From the NCBI GenBank assembly GCA_949287245.1, contig CASEFL010000003.1:67404-131403 (forward strand): a DNA stretch of 64,000 bases, read 5' to 3'. The DNA is from an uncultured Bacillota bacterium (lineage in GTDB: Bacteria > Bacillota_I > Bacilli_A > RFN20 > CAG-826). How positions within the stretch are numbered: position 1 is the stretch's first letter; every line of letters begins with the position of its first letter. The translations under genes and the position numbers were made by a program. The notes under the pieces are model-generated. The model was not told the origin of the DNA. It did no database searches and was given only the letters and a program-made list of their open reading frames with translations. Below are positions 8,766 to 18,829 of this stretch, in pieces.

Positions 8766-9416
8766 TTACTTGGATTCTGTGGGGATTTTTAACTGATTAA
8801 GAATTGAGGTAAGGTCAAAATACCCTTTTTGAGTTGTGGGAATAATTTCCTTACTTGCGCGGTTTACCAGATAACTATCAATTCCGGCACGCTTAGCGGC
8901 TTCTAAATCTTGAAGGCTATCACCAATATAAACGGCTTCCTCTTTACTTATTATAGGAAAAGAAGATAAAGCTTTATTTAAAGGAGCCGGGTTTGGCTTT
9001 GTCTCAGGACAAATATCAGAGCCAATAACACAAGAAAAATACTCGTCCCATCCATAATACTTCAGCACCTTATGAACATGAGTTGTGGTATTCCCTGTCA
9101 CAATAGCTAGTTTACAACAAGCTTTATCACATCTTTTTAACGCGTCCAAGGTTTCAGGAAATGGCTTAATTAAAGATATAACGTCATCATCATCTAAAGC
9201 GTCCACAATCTTTTCAACAAAAAGAGGAATAAGATTTTCTGGAACTTTTCTTTCCATAATCGTCTCCCCAAGAGAATGATGCATATGATGTGCACATTCC
9301 TCTTTTGTGCACTCCATTCCGATGGCAGCAAACCCTCGTTGATAAACCAAAACAAGAGACTCATAAGTATCAAATAAAGTCCCGTCAAAATCATAGATTA
9401 CTAACTTCTTATTCAT
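8766..9416 (-). CDS. HAD-IA family hydrolase (phosphoglycolate phosphatase / PpaX-like)
   Basis: DxDGT motif (IYDFDGTLFDT) and the downstream HAD motifs GNTT...K and GDSLQD. Confidence 0.7.
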   Translation of the reverse strand: MNKKLVIYDFDGTLFDTYESLVLVYQRGFAAIGMECTKEECAHHMHHSLGETIMERKVPENLIPLFVEKIVDALDDDDVISLIKPFPETLDALKRCDKACCKLAIVTGNTTTHVHKVLKYYGWDEYFSCVIGSDICPETKPNPAPLNKALSSFPIISKEEAVYIGDSLQDLEAAKRAGIDSYLVNRASKEIIPTTQKGYFDLTSILNQLKIPTESK

Positions 9417-11395
9417 AAACTCGCCTTTAATTCAAAAATAATATCGCGCAGCTCCGCGGCGCGTTCAAAATTATACTCTTTTGCCGCTTCACGCATTTCA
9501 CGTTCTAGCATTTTGATTTGTTTTTCCATTTCGGAACGTGGCATCTTCTTTCCCTTGACTTTATTGCTTAAGGGAGACTCTTCCATATTTGTCAAAGGAG
9601 GACGAATTTCTTTCAATATTGTTTTAGGAATAATGTTATGCTCTTTGTTGTAATTTTCTTGAATGTTTCTTCTTCGATTCGTCTCACGAATTGCTTCATC
9701 CATTGATTTTGTTATCGTATCAGCGTACATAATCACTTTCCCGTTTGCATTTCTTGCCGCGCGGCCAACAATTTGAATTAAAGAACGGGTACTTCGTAAA
9801 AAACCTTCTTTGTCCGCATCTAAAATTGCAATCAAACTAACTTCTGGAATATCAAGACCTTCACGTAATAAATTAATACCAACAAGAACATCAAATTTTC
9901 CTTTTCGTAATTGATAAATAATTTCGGTACGTTCCAAAGTTTTCGTTTCGTTATGTAAGTAAGCAACTTTAATTCCCCTAACCTTCATGTATTCGGTTAA
10001 ATCTTCCGCCATACGAATGGTTAAAGTAACAACCATTGTTCTTTCGTTTCTTTTAACTCTTTCTTTTATCTCGTTCATCAAATCATCAATTTGACCGATT
10101 GTTGGACGCACAAAAATCTCAGGATCTAATAAACCTGTTGGACGAATAATTTGTTCCACCACTTCGTTATTGGCCTTTTCTAATTCAAAGGAACCTGGTG
10201 TAGCCGAAGTACAAAGAATATGCGCTGGAGCTAGCGATAAAAATTCTTCAAACTTTAATGGTCGATTATCTAAAGCACTAGGAAGACGAAAGCCATAATC
10301 AACAAGAGTTTGTTTACGAGAACGATCACCATTATACATACCATTAAGTTGAGGAATGCTAACGTGAGATTCATCAATCATTAATAAAAAATCCTTTGGA
10401 TAATAATCAAGTAGACACCATGGTTTTTGTCCAGGGAGTCTTTTATCAATATGCCGCGAATAATTTTCAATTCCCCGACAATGGCCAAATTCACGCATGG
10501 AGTCCATATCCTGTCTTGTCCGCATTTCCAAGCGCTCTGCCTCTAAAAGTTGACCATTTTCACGGAAAAATTGCAGTCTTTCTTCTAATTCTTGAGAAAT
10601 ACTTACACAAGCTTCTTCAATTCTTTTTCTTGTAGAAGCGTGGTCATAGGCAGGATATATAGGGTGCGTCTTAAAATAGTTGAGTGTCTTTCCGGTAATC
10701 CCATCAACCTCAGAAATAGATTCTATAAGATCATCAAATAAGGACAAACGAAGAAAAGAGGAAGTTTCCGCCATAGGGGCAATATCAATAAAATCTCCAT
10801 GTACGCGAAACGTTCCGGGTTCTAAATCATAATTTGTTCGCCGATATTGACACTCAATTAGACGCGAAAGAAATTCTTTTTGGTTAAGTTCCATCCCTTC
10901 GCGGACTTCAAAAGCAAGACCACGATATTCTTCAGGATCGCCTAATCCATAAATGGCTGCAACCGAGGCGACACAAATAGTATCACTTCGAGTTACAATT
11001 GAATTCACAGCCGCGCAACGTAGCATTTCGATTTCATCGTTCATTACAGCTTCTTTTTCAATATAAGTATCCGTTTTAGGAACATAAGCTTCTGGCTGAT
11101 AGAAATCAAAATTTGAGACAAAATACTCCACACGATTATGGGGAAATAATTCTTTAAACTCTCCATAAAGTTGTGACGCTAAAGTCTTATTATGAACAAG
11201 AACTAATGTTGGTTTATTTAATTTCGCAATAATATTCGCCGCAGTAAAAGTTTTGCCAGTTCCTGTTGCCCCTAGGAGAATATTCCACTTTTTTCCTTTT
11301 TCCATTGAGGCAATAATCTCGCGAATTGCCTCTGGCTGATCTCCTGTAGGTGCATAGGAAGAAACTAATTGAAAAGAACGGTTCTCATAATTCAT
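9413..11395 (-). CDS. uvrB: excinuclease ABC subunit B
   Basis: F.L.S.Y.PTGDQP..I N-terminus, Walker A GATGTGKT, helicase motifs and a C-terminal UVR domain; 660 aa. Confidence 0.95.
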   Translation of the reverse strand: MNYENRSFQLVSSYAPTGDQPEAIREIIASMEKGKKWNILLGATGTGKTFTAANIIAKLNKPTLVLVHNKTLASQLYGEFKELFPHNRVEYFVSNFDFYQPEAYVPKTDTYIEKEAVMNDEIEMLRCAAVNSIVTRSDTICVASVAAIYGLGDPEEYRGLAFEVREGMELNQKEFLSRLIECQYRRTNYDLEPGTFRVHGDFIDIAPMAETSSFLRLSLFDDLIESISEVDGITGKTLNYFKTHPIYPAYDHASTRKRIEEACVSISQELEERLQFFRENGQLLEAERLEMRTRQDMDSMREFGHCRGIENYSRHIDKRLPGQKPWCLLDYYPKDFLLMIDESHVSIPQLNGMYNGDRSRKQTLVDYGFRLPSALDNRPLKFEEFLSLAPAHILCTSATPGSFELEKANNEVVEQIIRPTGLLDPEIFVRPTIGQIDDLMNEIKERVKRNERTMVVTLTIRMAEDLTEYMKVRGIKVAYLHNETKTLERTEIIYQLRKGKFDVLVGINLLREGLDIPEVSLIAILDADKEGFLRSTRSLIQIVGRAARNANGKVIMYADTITKSMDEAIRETNRRRNIQENYNKEHNIIPKTILKEIRPPLTNMEESPLSNKVKGKKMPRSEMEKQIKMLEREMREAAKEYNFERAAELRDIIFELKASL

Positions 11396-12407
11396 TGGAA
11401 TGTTCCTCGTTATGAATCTCTTCCTCTTTTAACTTGTTTTTTCTTTCTAATAGAAAACGCATGCTATGCGTTAATAAGGGCTTAAATCCTTCGCCATGAA
11501 TGGTAGAGGCTTGAATCATTGAAACAAAAGCTCTAGGGTCAACATCCGCAATTTTTAGCCGCAAAGAGTTAATTTCATCCTTATTAACAATAACACGTAA
11601 AATATCGCGTTTTTGACCAGAATATCCACCTTTTGCAGGGATAATTGTCGTACCGTGCCCAAGTTCATTTTCAACCCATTCCTTAATTTCATCAAGGTAA
11701 TCACTAATAATTTCGACAATAATTGCAGAGTTTCCACGAATATAAATAAACTGAATGGCTAAGGAAGCACAAAATGCGGTAAGTACGCCAATTAAGCAAA
11801 CAATAATATCCTGATAAAAACTAACACCAGCGATAACCAAAATTGCATCGATTAAAAAACTCCAAATATCTTCTCTAATAGGAAGAAATTTAGCAAGAAT
11901 TAACGATAAAACATCCACTCCGCCCGTGGACCCATTCCCCAAGAAAGAAACCGCCACACCTGCGCCAGTAAAAAACCCACCAAACAAACCAGCAATGAGT
12001 AGATAACTAATGTTATCTTTATACGAAGCTAGTTGAGCAAGACCTAATAGGTCAATAAAGCCCGTGCGCATTAATAAGGAGAAAAAAGCGGGATATAAAA
12101 GAGTGGATAACAAAGTACGAAGAGAAAATTTGACGCCTAAAAAAATCAAGCCAATAAGCCAAAAAATGATATTGGCTATTGCGACAACAATATCGGTAAC
12201 GGCAAATCCTATGGCAGGTTCTAAGGCACCATTTACTAAGATACCTATGGATAAAACACCACCAGAAATAATGTTAAATGGTTCTAAAAATGCCGCCGAA
12301 GCAAAGGCCAAAATAAAACATCCCAAAACAATAAAAAAGATATTTTTTAACTCTCGAAGAAATTCTTTTTTTGTTGGTTTTCGAAAATTAAGATTGAGAC
12401 GACGCAT
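11385..12407 (-). CDS. YitT-family membrane protein (DUF161 + DUF2179)
   Basis: Polytopic N-terminal domain plus a C-terminal GGYSG...DPRAF...GEGF block characteristic of DUF2179. Confidence 0.7.
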   Translation of the reverse strand: MRRLNLNFRKPTKKEFLRELKNIFFIVLGCFILAFASAAFLEPFNIISGGVLSIGILVNGALEPAIGFAVTDIVVAIANIIFWLIGLIFLGVKFSLRTLLSTLLYPAFFSLLMRTGFIDLLGLAQLASYKDNISYLLIAGLFGGFFTGAGVAVSFLGNGSTGGVDVLSLILAKFLPIREDIWSFLIDAILVIAGVSFYQDIIVCLIGVLTAFCASLAIQFIYIRGNSAIIVEIISDYLDEIKEWVENELGHGTTIIPAKGGYSGQKRDILRVIVNKDEINSLRLKIADVDPRAFVSMIQASTIHGEGFKPLLTHSMRFLLERKNKLKEEEIHNEEHSNEL

Positions 12408-13507
12408 CTTTAGCCTCCTTTTCTAAATAAGCATACATGAAGGCATCAAGGTCTCCATCCATTACGCCAGAAACATCAGCAGTTTCATAATTTGTACGAT
12501 TATCTTTTACTAAAGTATAAGGACAAAATACATAACTCCGAATTTGTGAACCCCATTCAATATTTTTTTGTTCTCCAATAATGGATTTTAATTTGGCATC
12601 ACGTTCTTCAATTTTACGTTGCATTAAGCGGTCACTTAACATTTCCATACACGTTTGTTTATTCATTAACTGACTTCGTTCAATTTCACATTGAACAACA
12701 ATACCGGTAGGAATATGAGTAATACGGACAGCGCTAGAAACTTTATTCACATTTTGTCCACCTGCCCCACCAGAACGGAAAGTATCAACGCGTAAATCTT
12801 TTGGATCAATAACTACATCGGAGACGCTACCAAACTCAGGAACGACATTCACCGAGGCAAAAGAAGTATGACGACGAGCAGAAGCGTCAAAAGGAGAAAT
12901 CCGCACCAAACGATGAACGCCTTTTTCCCCTTTTAATAAACCATAGGCATGATTCCCAGAAATTTTTACAGAGACCGATTTTAAACCAGCCTCATCCCCT
13001 GCTTCATAGGATAAAACATGCCATGAAAAACCGTGCTTTTCCACCCAGCGACTATACATCCTTAAAAGCATATCTGCCCAATCTTGGGCCTCTGTGCCTC
13101 CCGCTCCTGGATGAATATCTAATGTACAATTCAATGAATCATATTCACCAGAAAAAAGCAAAGATGTACGAAGCTTATGAATCTTTTCTTGAAGCTCTTT
13201 TTCTTCGGCTTCTAGTAATTCAAGCATTTCCAAATCTTCAGAAGAGGTAACCGTTAATAACTCAGATAACTCCGCAAAATCCCTTTTAATTTCTCGATAA
13301 TCATCAAGAGTTGTTTTTGCATCCTTATAGCGAGAAACAATTTCTAAAGCCTTTTTTTGATCAGACCAAAAATCAGGATTGCTTTGTAAATCCTCACATT
13401 CTTTAACAACTTTTTCTAAACGATGCTCGTCAAAGAGAGTCACCGAGCTGCGAAACAAGTACGGCAAAATTATCAATCGCTTGTTTTAACTCGACTAGCT
13501 CTTTCAT
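12388..13507 (-). CDS. prfB: peptide chain release factor 2, two-frame gene requiring programmed +1 ribosomal frameshift
   Basis: The 0-frame start ATG at 13507 (SD AAGGAGAGG 7 nt upstream) encodes MKELVELKQAIDNFAVLVSQLGDSL and then an in-frame TGA within CTT TGA C. The +1 frame continues DEHRLEKV... through the SPF and GGQ motifs to the stop at 12388. The ORF track shows only the +1 frame with a spurious TTG N-terminus. Confidence 0.9.
13429..13435 (-). other. prfB +1 frameshift site CUU UGA C
   Basis: The canonical RF2 autoregulatory recoding heptamer is read directly on the minus strand. A weak SD-like GGUGA lies 4 nt upstream. Confidence 0.8.
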
Positions 13508-15924
13508 TATTCCTCTCCTTTGCTTTGTTCTGAAGAATTGTTGCTATCTTCTTCTTTTGGTTCTGGCTTTTTCACTTCAATTTTCACATTTAAAAGATTT
13601 AAGATAGTATCAACAGCAGAACGTTCTTCCATTTCTTTAAATAAATCCCAGCCCTCATTGACATATTCTTGTAAGGGGTTAGTTTGCGCATAGCTACGTA
13701 AACTAATCCCATCCCGTAAATGAGACATCTTATCAATATGAGAAGTCCAAGCGCGGTCAATTAAACGTAAAGTCAGTCTGCGTTCTAAAGAATCAATACT
13801 TTCCTTGGGCCAAGCATTTCTTTTTCTTAAATAGAATTCATAAAGGAATTCTCCAAGATCAACTCCTGCTTCTTCTGGATCCGCTCCATCATAAGCAGCG
13901 TAAGCTTCCTTTTTAAAAGTTCCAACAGGAATAAACTGTGGTTCTAATATCTTTTTCAAAGAGGCACTATTTACTAAATCCTGCCCCGTTGAAGCATCAA
14001 TTGCATGATGGCAGCAGAATTTACCAGTTGTAATGAAATAATCGTGAATCAGATCGCTAATATCTTCTGCCATAAGAATCTTATCGCGTTTTCCATACAC
14101 ACTTTCTCTCATTTGCGCTAAAACATCATCGTAGTCTTTTAAGCTCTTCCGTACATCAAAGTTTTTTCCTTCAATTTGCGTTTGCGCATTCGTGACAAGA
14201 CGTTGAATTGATTTATTTTCCATTGATTCATCCTGCAAACTCTTAATTGCAAATTCGCGCATCTTATCCGGAACAAAACGACGAAGAAGTTCATCTTCAA
14301 AAGAAACAAAGAAACGACTATAACCTTTATCCCCCTGACGACCAGAACGTCCTCTTAACTGATTATCGATACGACGAGATTCATGTCGTTCTGTTCCAAG
14401 GACACAAAGCCCACCTAAGTCACTAACCCCTTCGCCTAATTTAATATCCGTACCACGGCCAGCCATATTTGTTGCTAAAGTAACGGCACCTTTTTCTCCA
14501 GCATGAGAAATAATTTCAGCTTCGCGTGCTTGATTACGAGCGCTTAATACTTCATGAGGAATCCCAGCTTTCTCAAGAAGAGCGGAAATTTCTAAGTTGC
14601 TTTCTACTGAAACTGTACCAATTAAGATTGGTTGCCCTTTTTCATGACGAGCCTTTACTTCTGCTACTAAAGCAGCAAGTTTCGCTTTTTTCGTTCCAAA
14701 AAGAAGATCATCATCATCAATACGAATAACGGGACGGTTTGTAGGAATAGAAACAACTTTCATGTTATAAATTGTGCGGAACTCTTCCTCTTCCGTTTTC
14801 GCTGTACCAGTCATACCGGAAACTTTCTTAAATAAGCGGAAGAAGTTTTGATAAGTAATCGTTGCCACAACAACTGTCTCTTGTTTAATTTCTACACCCT
14901 CTTTTGCTTGAATGGCTTGTTGAAGACCGTCGTTATACTCTCTTCCTGGCATAATACGCCCAGTATTTTGGTCGATGAGTTGAATTTTTCTTTCCTTATC
15001 AACCATATATTCCACATCTCTAGACATGATGTAGTTTGCTTTTAAAGCCTGGTGAATCCGGTGAACTAAATCTTGATACTCTGGAGCATAAAGATTCCGT
15101 ACACCAAACATACGCTCGGCCTTGCTATTTCCTTCGTCGGTTAAAGAACACGTTTTATCTTGTACATCAATGGTGTAGTCCACATCCTTACGTAACATTT
15201 TGACAAAACGGTCAGCCACAGCATATTGAGAAGCAGCCACTCTTGTTCCCCCAGAAATAATTAAAGGAGTACGAGATTCATCAATTAAAATAGAGTCTGC
15301 TTCATCAACAATAGCAAAATTTAACCCGCGAAGAACTCTTCCTTCTAAAGTAGGAGACATATTGTCTCGAAGGTAATCAAATCCAAGTTCAGAGTTTGTT
15401 GTATAAGTAATATCGCAAGCATACGCTTCTTTTTTTTCATGAGGAGTTTTACTCGCCAAATTAACACCGACAGTTAAACCCAAGAAACGATAAACTTGTC
15501 CCATCCACTCGGCATCACGCGAAGCCAAGTACTCGTTCACCGTGACAACATGAACACCATGTCCACTTAACGCATTAAGATAAACAGCCATAGTGGCAGT
15601 AAGGGTTTTTCCTTCACCAGTTTTCATTTCGGCAACATCGCCATTATGCAAAACAAGAGAACCAATAATTTGTACTTTAAAAGGCTTCTGATGAAGAGTG
15701 CGCCAACCCGCTTCTCTTGCTACAGCAAAAGCTTCATATTTAATATCTTCTAACGTTTCTCCTGCGGCTAAACGCTCACGAAATTCTGCAGTTTTATTCA
15801 TTAATTGTTCATCCGTTAAGGCACTCATTTGCTCATCATAAGCTATGACTTGTTCAGCCTCACGTTCATAACGGCGCAGTTCCCGTTCTTCCAATCGAAA
15901 AATACGTTCTATAAAGTTCGCCAT
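13507..15924 (-). CDS. secA: preprotein translocase ATPase SecA
   Basis: 805 aa with DEAD-like motor motifs (Walker A MKTGEGKT), preprotein cross-linking and scaffold domains. The TAA stop overlaps the prfB ATG as TAATG. Confidence 0.95.
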   Translation of the reverse strand: MANFIERIFRLEERELRRYEREAEQVIAYDEQMSALTDEQLMNKTAEFRERLAAGETLEDIKYEAFAVAREAGWRTLHQKPFKVQIIGSLVLHNGDVAEMKTGEGKTLTATMAVYLNALSGHGVHVVTVNEYLASRDAEWMGQVYRFLGLTVGVNLASKTPHEKKEAYACDITYTTNSELGFDYLRDNMSPTLEGRVLRGLNFAIVDEADSILIDESRTPLIISGGTRVAASQYAVADRFVKMLRKDVDYTIDVQDKTCSLTDEGNSKAERMFGVRNLYAPEYQDLVHRIHQALKANYIMSRDVEYMVDKERKIQLIDQNTGRIMPGREYNDGLQQAIQAKEGVEIKQETVVVATITYQNFFRLFKKVSGMTGTAKTEEEEFRTIYNMKVVSIPTNRPVIRIDDDDLLFGTKKAKLAALVAEVKARHEKGQPILIGTVSVESNLEISALLEKAGIPHEVLSARNQAREAEIISHAGEKGAVTLATNMAGRGTDIKLGEGVSDLGGLCVLGTERHESRRIDNQLRGRSGRQGDKGYSRFFVSFEDELLRRFVPDKMREFAIKSLQDESMENKSIQRLVTNAQTQIEGKNFDVRKSLKDYDDVLAQMRESVYGKRDKILMAEDISDLIHDYFITTGKFCCHHAIDASTGQDLVNSASLKKILEPQFIPVGTFKKEAYAAYDGADPEEAGVDLGEFLYEFYLRKRNAWPKESIDSLERRLTLRLIDRAWTSHIDKMSHLRDGISLRSYAQTNPLQEYVNEGWDLFKEMEERSAVDTILNLLNVKIEVKKPEPKEEDSNNSSEQSKGEE

Positions 15925-15958
15925 TCGAAGACACCTCCCAAAGGGCTCAATGATATTA

Positions 15959-16597
15959 TCATTGACACCTCAATCCATCAATTTTTGCTTTATTCTTTTT
16001 CCATTTTGTTCTTGCCATTACAAACGCTTTGATGTGCTTTACCCCTTTTTCTTGTAGTAAATCACGCATTGCAAGTAAAGTAGAACCAGTTGTGCAAACA
16101 TCATCAACAAGAAGATAATGACGCGAACAATCAACTTCCTTACAAAGAATTCTCTTTTTTACTTCTTTTCGTTCCTTTAAAGAACAATCACTTTGTTTCA
16201 AGGAATCCTTCTTTTCAAAAATCGATAACATAGGCAAAGAAAGAGAAGAAAACATCTCTTCAACGTGATTGTAACCTCTTTTTTTATCATTTTCTTTTGC
16301 GGATGGAGCAGGAAGCATGATGTAGGAATGAAAGTATAAAGATAAAAGAAAAGCACTAGGCAAGAAAAACACATCCTTTAATGCGTAATCGAAACATCCT
16401 TTAAATTGATAAAGTAAAGACCGAATAAAATCGTTATATTCATAAAGAGAATATATGGTTAATCCCTCAAGTACTTCCTTTTTAAAAGAAGGTTTCATCA
16501 TTGCAAGACAGTTTGAACACAAAATCGGTTCTTGTAGAAAAGCACTATCCCAGCTTAGATTGGGGATATTTTTGAAGCAAACCTTGCAAATCGCCAT
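15959..16597 (-). CDS. comFC: competence protein ComFC (zinc-ribbon + phosphoribosyltransferase domain)
   Basis: CxxC...CxxC N-terminus (CKVCF...CSNCL) and PRTase motif LLVDDVCTTGSTL. Start trimmed to MAICKV; the longer ORF-track N-terminus overlaps comFA. Confidence 0.7.
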   Translation of the reverse strand: MAICKVCFKNIPNLSWDSAFLQEPILCSNCLAMMKPSFKKEVLEGLTIYSLYEYNDFIRSLLYQFKGCFDYALKDVFFLPSAFLLSLYFHSYIMLPAPSAKENDKKRGYNHVEEMFSSLSLPMLSIFEKKDSLKQSDCSLKERKEVKKRILCKEVDCSRHYLLVDDVCTTGSTLLAMRDLLQEKGVKHIKAFVMARTKWKKNKAKIDGLRCQ

Positions 16598-17732
16598 TTG
16601 TTTTTTCGATTTCTTTAATCGCCTCCTTGATTGCTTTGGTTTTTCTCTCACCAAAAAAGATAACATTTCCTTCCTCAAAATTTTTCTTTCTTCCTACTCT
16701 TCCTGCAATTTGGATTAATGCTGCAGCATCATAAATTTCTTCTTCATCTGCATGATAAACAAGAACTTGGAGATTTTTTACCGTGACTCCTCTTTCGAGT
16801 ACTGATGTTGTTACTAAGTACATGTATTTTCCCTTTCGGAAATCATCAATAATTTGTTCGCGGTCTTCTTTTTTGCTATGAACATAGTTGCCTCCTTTAA
16901 CAAAAAGAGAAAGAAACTTTCCTAAACATTCACATTCCCCGATTGTGGGAACAAAAACGAAAGTTGGTTTTCCTTCCTTTTGAAATTTTTTTAAATAAAA
17001 AATAATGGGGACGCGCTGGAAAAACAAAAACCATTCGTGAAACTTTGGAACAGGAATTGGCGAAAGATGAAAACGTGCATTTAGATGCAAAATCTCATGA
17101 TTTTCTTTTGTAAATTCCTCAAGAACATCCTCAGGAGGCGTAGCACTCATCAAAACCAATCGTCCCTTTACTGCTTTTTTTAAAAAGGAGGAAAGGACAA
17201 AATTCCCTTTATAGGGAAAAGCATCGATTTCATCTACAATTAATAAATCAAAATAATGGGGATATCGGTAAAGTTGATGAGTCGTAAGAAGAATAATATC
17301 TCCGACCAATTCTTCATGATGATCGCCATAAACCAAAACACATTTTGCGTTGGGAAATGCTTCTTGAAAACGAGTATAAAGTTCCTTTGCGACATCTTTA
17401 CGAGGAACAGCAAAGCCTGGATGACCACCTTGCTTTAAACATGTTTCTATTACTCCAAAAATTAATTCCGTTTTGCCAGCCCCACAAACAGCGTGAATTA
17501 AAGTGTCCTTCCCCAATAAGTAATTTTTTATAATTTGATCAGAAAGTTCCTTTTGAAAAGGGGTTAAAGAGTAATTTAAAACAAGAGATATATTGGGAGA
17601 AATTAAGGGTTTTTCTTGAACCTCTTCTCCTTGAAAAGAAATACATCTACGACAATAAAGACTTCCATCCTTCTTTTTACCTAAATAGGATTCATCTTGA
17701 TTTCCACAACGAGGACAAATATAAAAACTCAT
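16545..17732 (-). CDS. comFA: competence helicase ComFA (DEAD/DEAH box)
   Basis: N-terminal zinc finger CPRCG...CRRC, Walker A AVCGAGKTE and DEID box. Confidence 0.8.
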   Translation of the reverse strand: MSFYICPRCGNQDESYLGKKKDGSLYCRRCISFQGEEVQEKPLISPNISLVLNYSLTPFQKELSDQIIKNYLLGKDTLIHAVCGAGKTELIFGVIETCLKQGGHPGFAVPRKDVAKELYTRFQEAFPNAKCVLVYGDHHEELVGDIILLTTHQLYRYPHYFDLLIVDEIDAFPYKGNFVLSSFLKKAVKGRLVLMSATPPEDVLEEFTKENHEILHLNARFHLSPIPVPKFHEWFLFFQRVPIIFYLKKFQKEGKPTFVFVPTIGECECLGKFLSLFVKGGNYVHSKKEDREQIIDDFRKGKYMYLVTTSVLERGVTVKNLQVLVYHADEEEIYDAAALIQIAGRVGRKKNFEEGNVIFFGERKTKAIKEAIKEIEKTNGDLQGLLQKYPQSKLG

Positions 17733-17768
17733 CTCTTTTCTATACAAAGAGAAAGAACAAAAATGCCC

Positions 17769-18212
17769 TTATTCATCCTTAAAACATTCAATTTCATCAA
17801 CCCGTTTTTGGTGTCTACCACCAAGAAATGGTGTTTCTAGAAAAAGGTCTATTGAAGAGAAAACATCGTTTTCATTCATAAAACGCGCCCCAAAAGCAAT
17901 CATATTCGCGTCATTATGTTCACGGGTAAGTTTACTCACTTCTGGTGAGTAACCAACTCCACAACGAATGCCTTTAATCTTGTTTGCAGCCATCATGATT
18001 CCTTCACCAGTTCCGCAACATAAAATACCAAAACGAACCTCTTGCTTTGATACTAAAAGGGCAGCCTTATGAGCAAAAAGAGGATAATCAACCGAAACTT
18101 CAGAACAATCCGTCCCTACATCAATAACGTCATATCCCTTCTTGATTAAATAGGATTTAATTTTTTCTTTTAATTGAAAGCCTGCATGATCGGAACCAAC
18201 AGCAATTTTCAT
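17769..18212 (-). CDS. rpiB: ribose-5-phosphate isomerase B
   Basis: MKIAVGSDHAGF start, RpiB/LacAB fold of 147 aa. SD GAGGAG 8 nt upstream; the ATG overlaps the tsaC stop as ATGA. Confidence 0.85.
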   Translation of the reverse strand: MKIAVGSDHAGFQLKEKIKSYLIKKGYDVIDVGTDCSEVSVDYPLFAHKAALLVSKQEVRFGILCCGTGEGIMMAANKIKGIRCGVGYSPEVSKLTREHNDANMIAFGARFMNENDVFSSIDLFLETPFLGGRHQKRVDEIECFKDE

Positions 18213-18829
18213 ATACATTTCTCCTCATAATATTTTTTTAGTTTAGAAAAAGATAACGCGCCTTCTCTAATTAATTGAATACTCTCATGCGATAAATCGA
18301 CAATCGTAGACGCAAGTGAACTTCCACATTCTCCTTGAACAAAGGCATCCGCTTTCCCAAAGAAACTTTCATAAGCCTCCTGAAAAGAGGTTGCCGTTTT
18401 TTCTCCAGCAATATTCGCGGATGTAACAAGGCAAGGAACATCGACATTACTAAGAAGTTGTTGTACAAATAAACTATCAGGAACACGTATACCAATAACC
18501 CCTGTTCCTAAATGGTTCCAATAAGGAAGAGAATTTCTACCTTGAACAAGAACCGTTAAAGGGCCAGGAAGAAAATGCCTCATAAAAGCAATAGCTTTTG
18601 AATTAGGTTTAATTAATTTAATTGCAGACTCAACATCTTTTGCCATAAGGCTAATTGGCTTATCGGGGGAACGTCTTTTTATATCAATTAACCTTTCATA
18701 ACTTTTTTCGTTATCATGACGAACTCCAATCCCCCAAACCGTCTCTGTTGGGAAGACAAGAATCCCTCCTTCATTGAGTATTTTCCCTGCAGAAGTGACT
18801 TCTTTTTCTTGAAAAATTATACTATTCAT
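18209..18829 (-). CDS. tsaC: L-threonylcarbamoyladenylate synthase (TsaC/YrdC/Sua5 family)
   Basis: YrdC-type fold with ...GGILVFPTETVWGIG... Start chosen at MNSIIF, overlapping the prmC stop; the ORF-track start 33 nt further upstream is also possible. Confidence 0.65.
   Translation of the reverse strand: MNSIIFQEKEVTSAGKILNEGGILVFPTETVWGIGVRHDNEKSYERLIDIKRRSPDKPISLMAKDVESAIKLIKPNSKAIAFMRHFLPGPLTVLVQGRNSLPYWNHLGTGVIGIRVPDSLFVQQLLSNVDVPCLVTSANIAGEKTATSFQEAYESFFGKADAFVQGECGSSLASTIVDLSHESIQLIREGALSFSKLKKYYEEKCI

Noticed and set aside
12388-13476. ORF-track version of prfB starting MIILPYLFRSSV.
   Set aside because: The first 15 codons are read from a TTG in the +1 frame upstream of the frameshift site; the real N-terminus is in the 0 frame starting at 13507.
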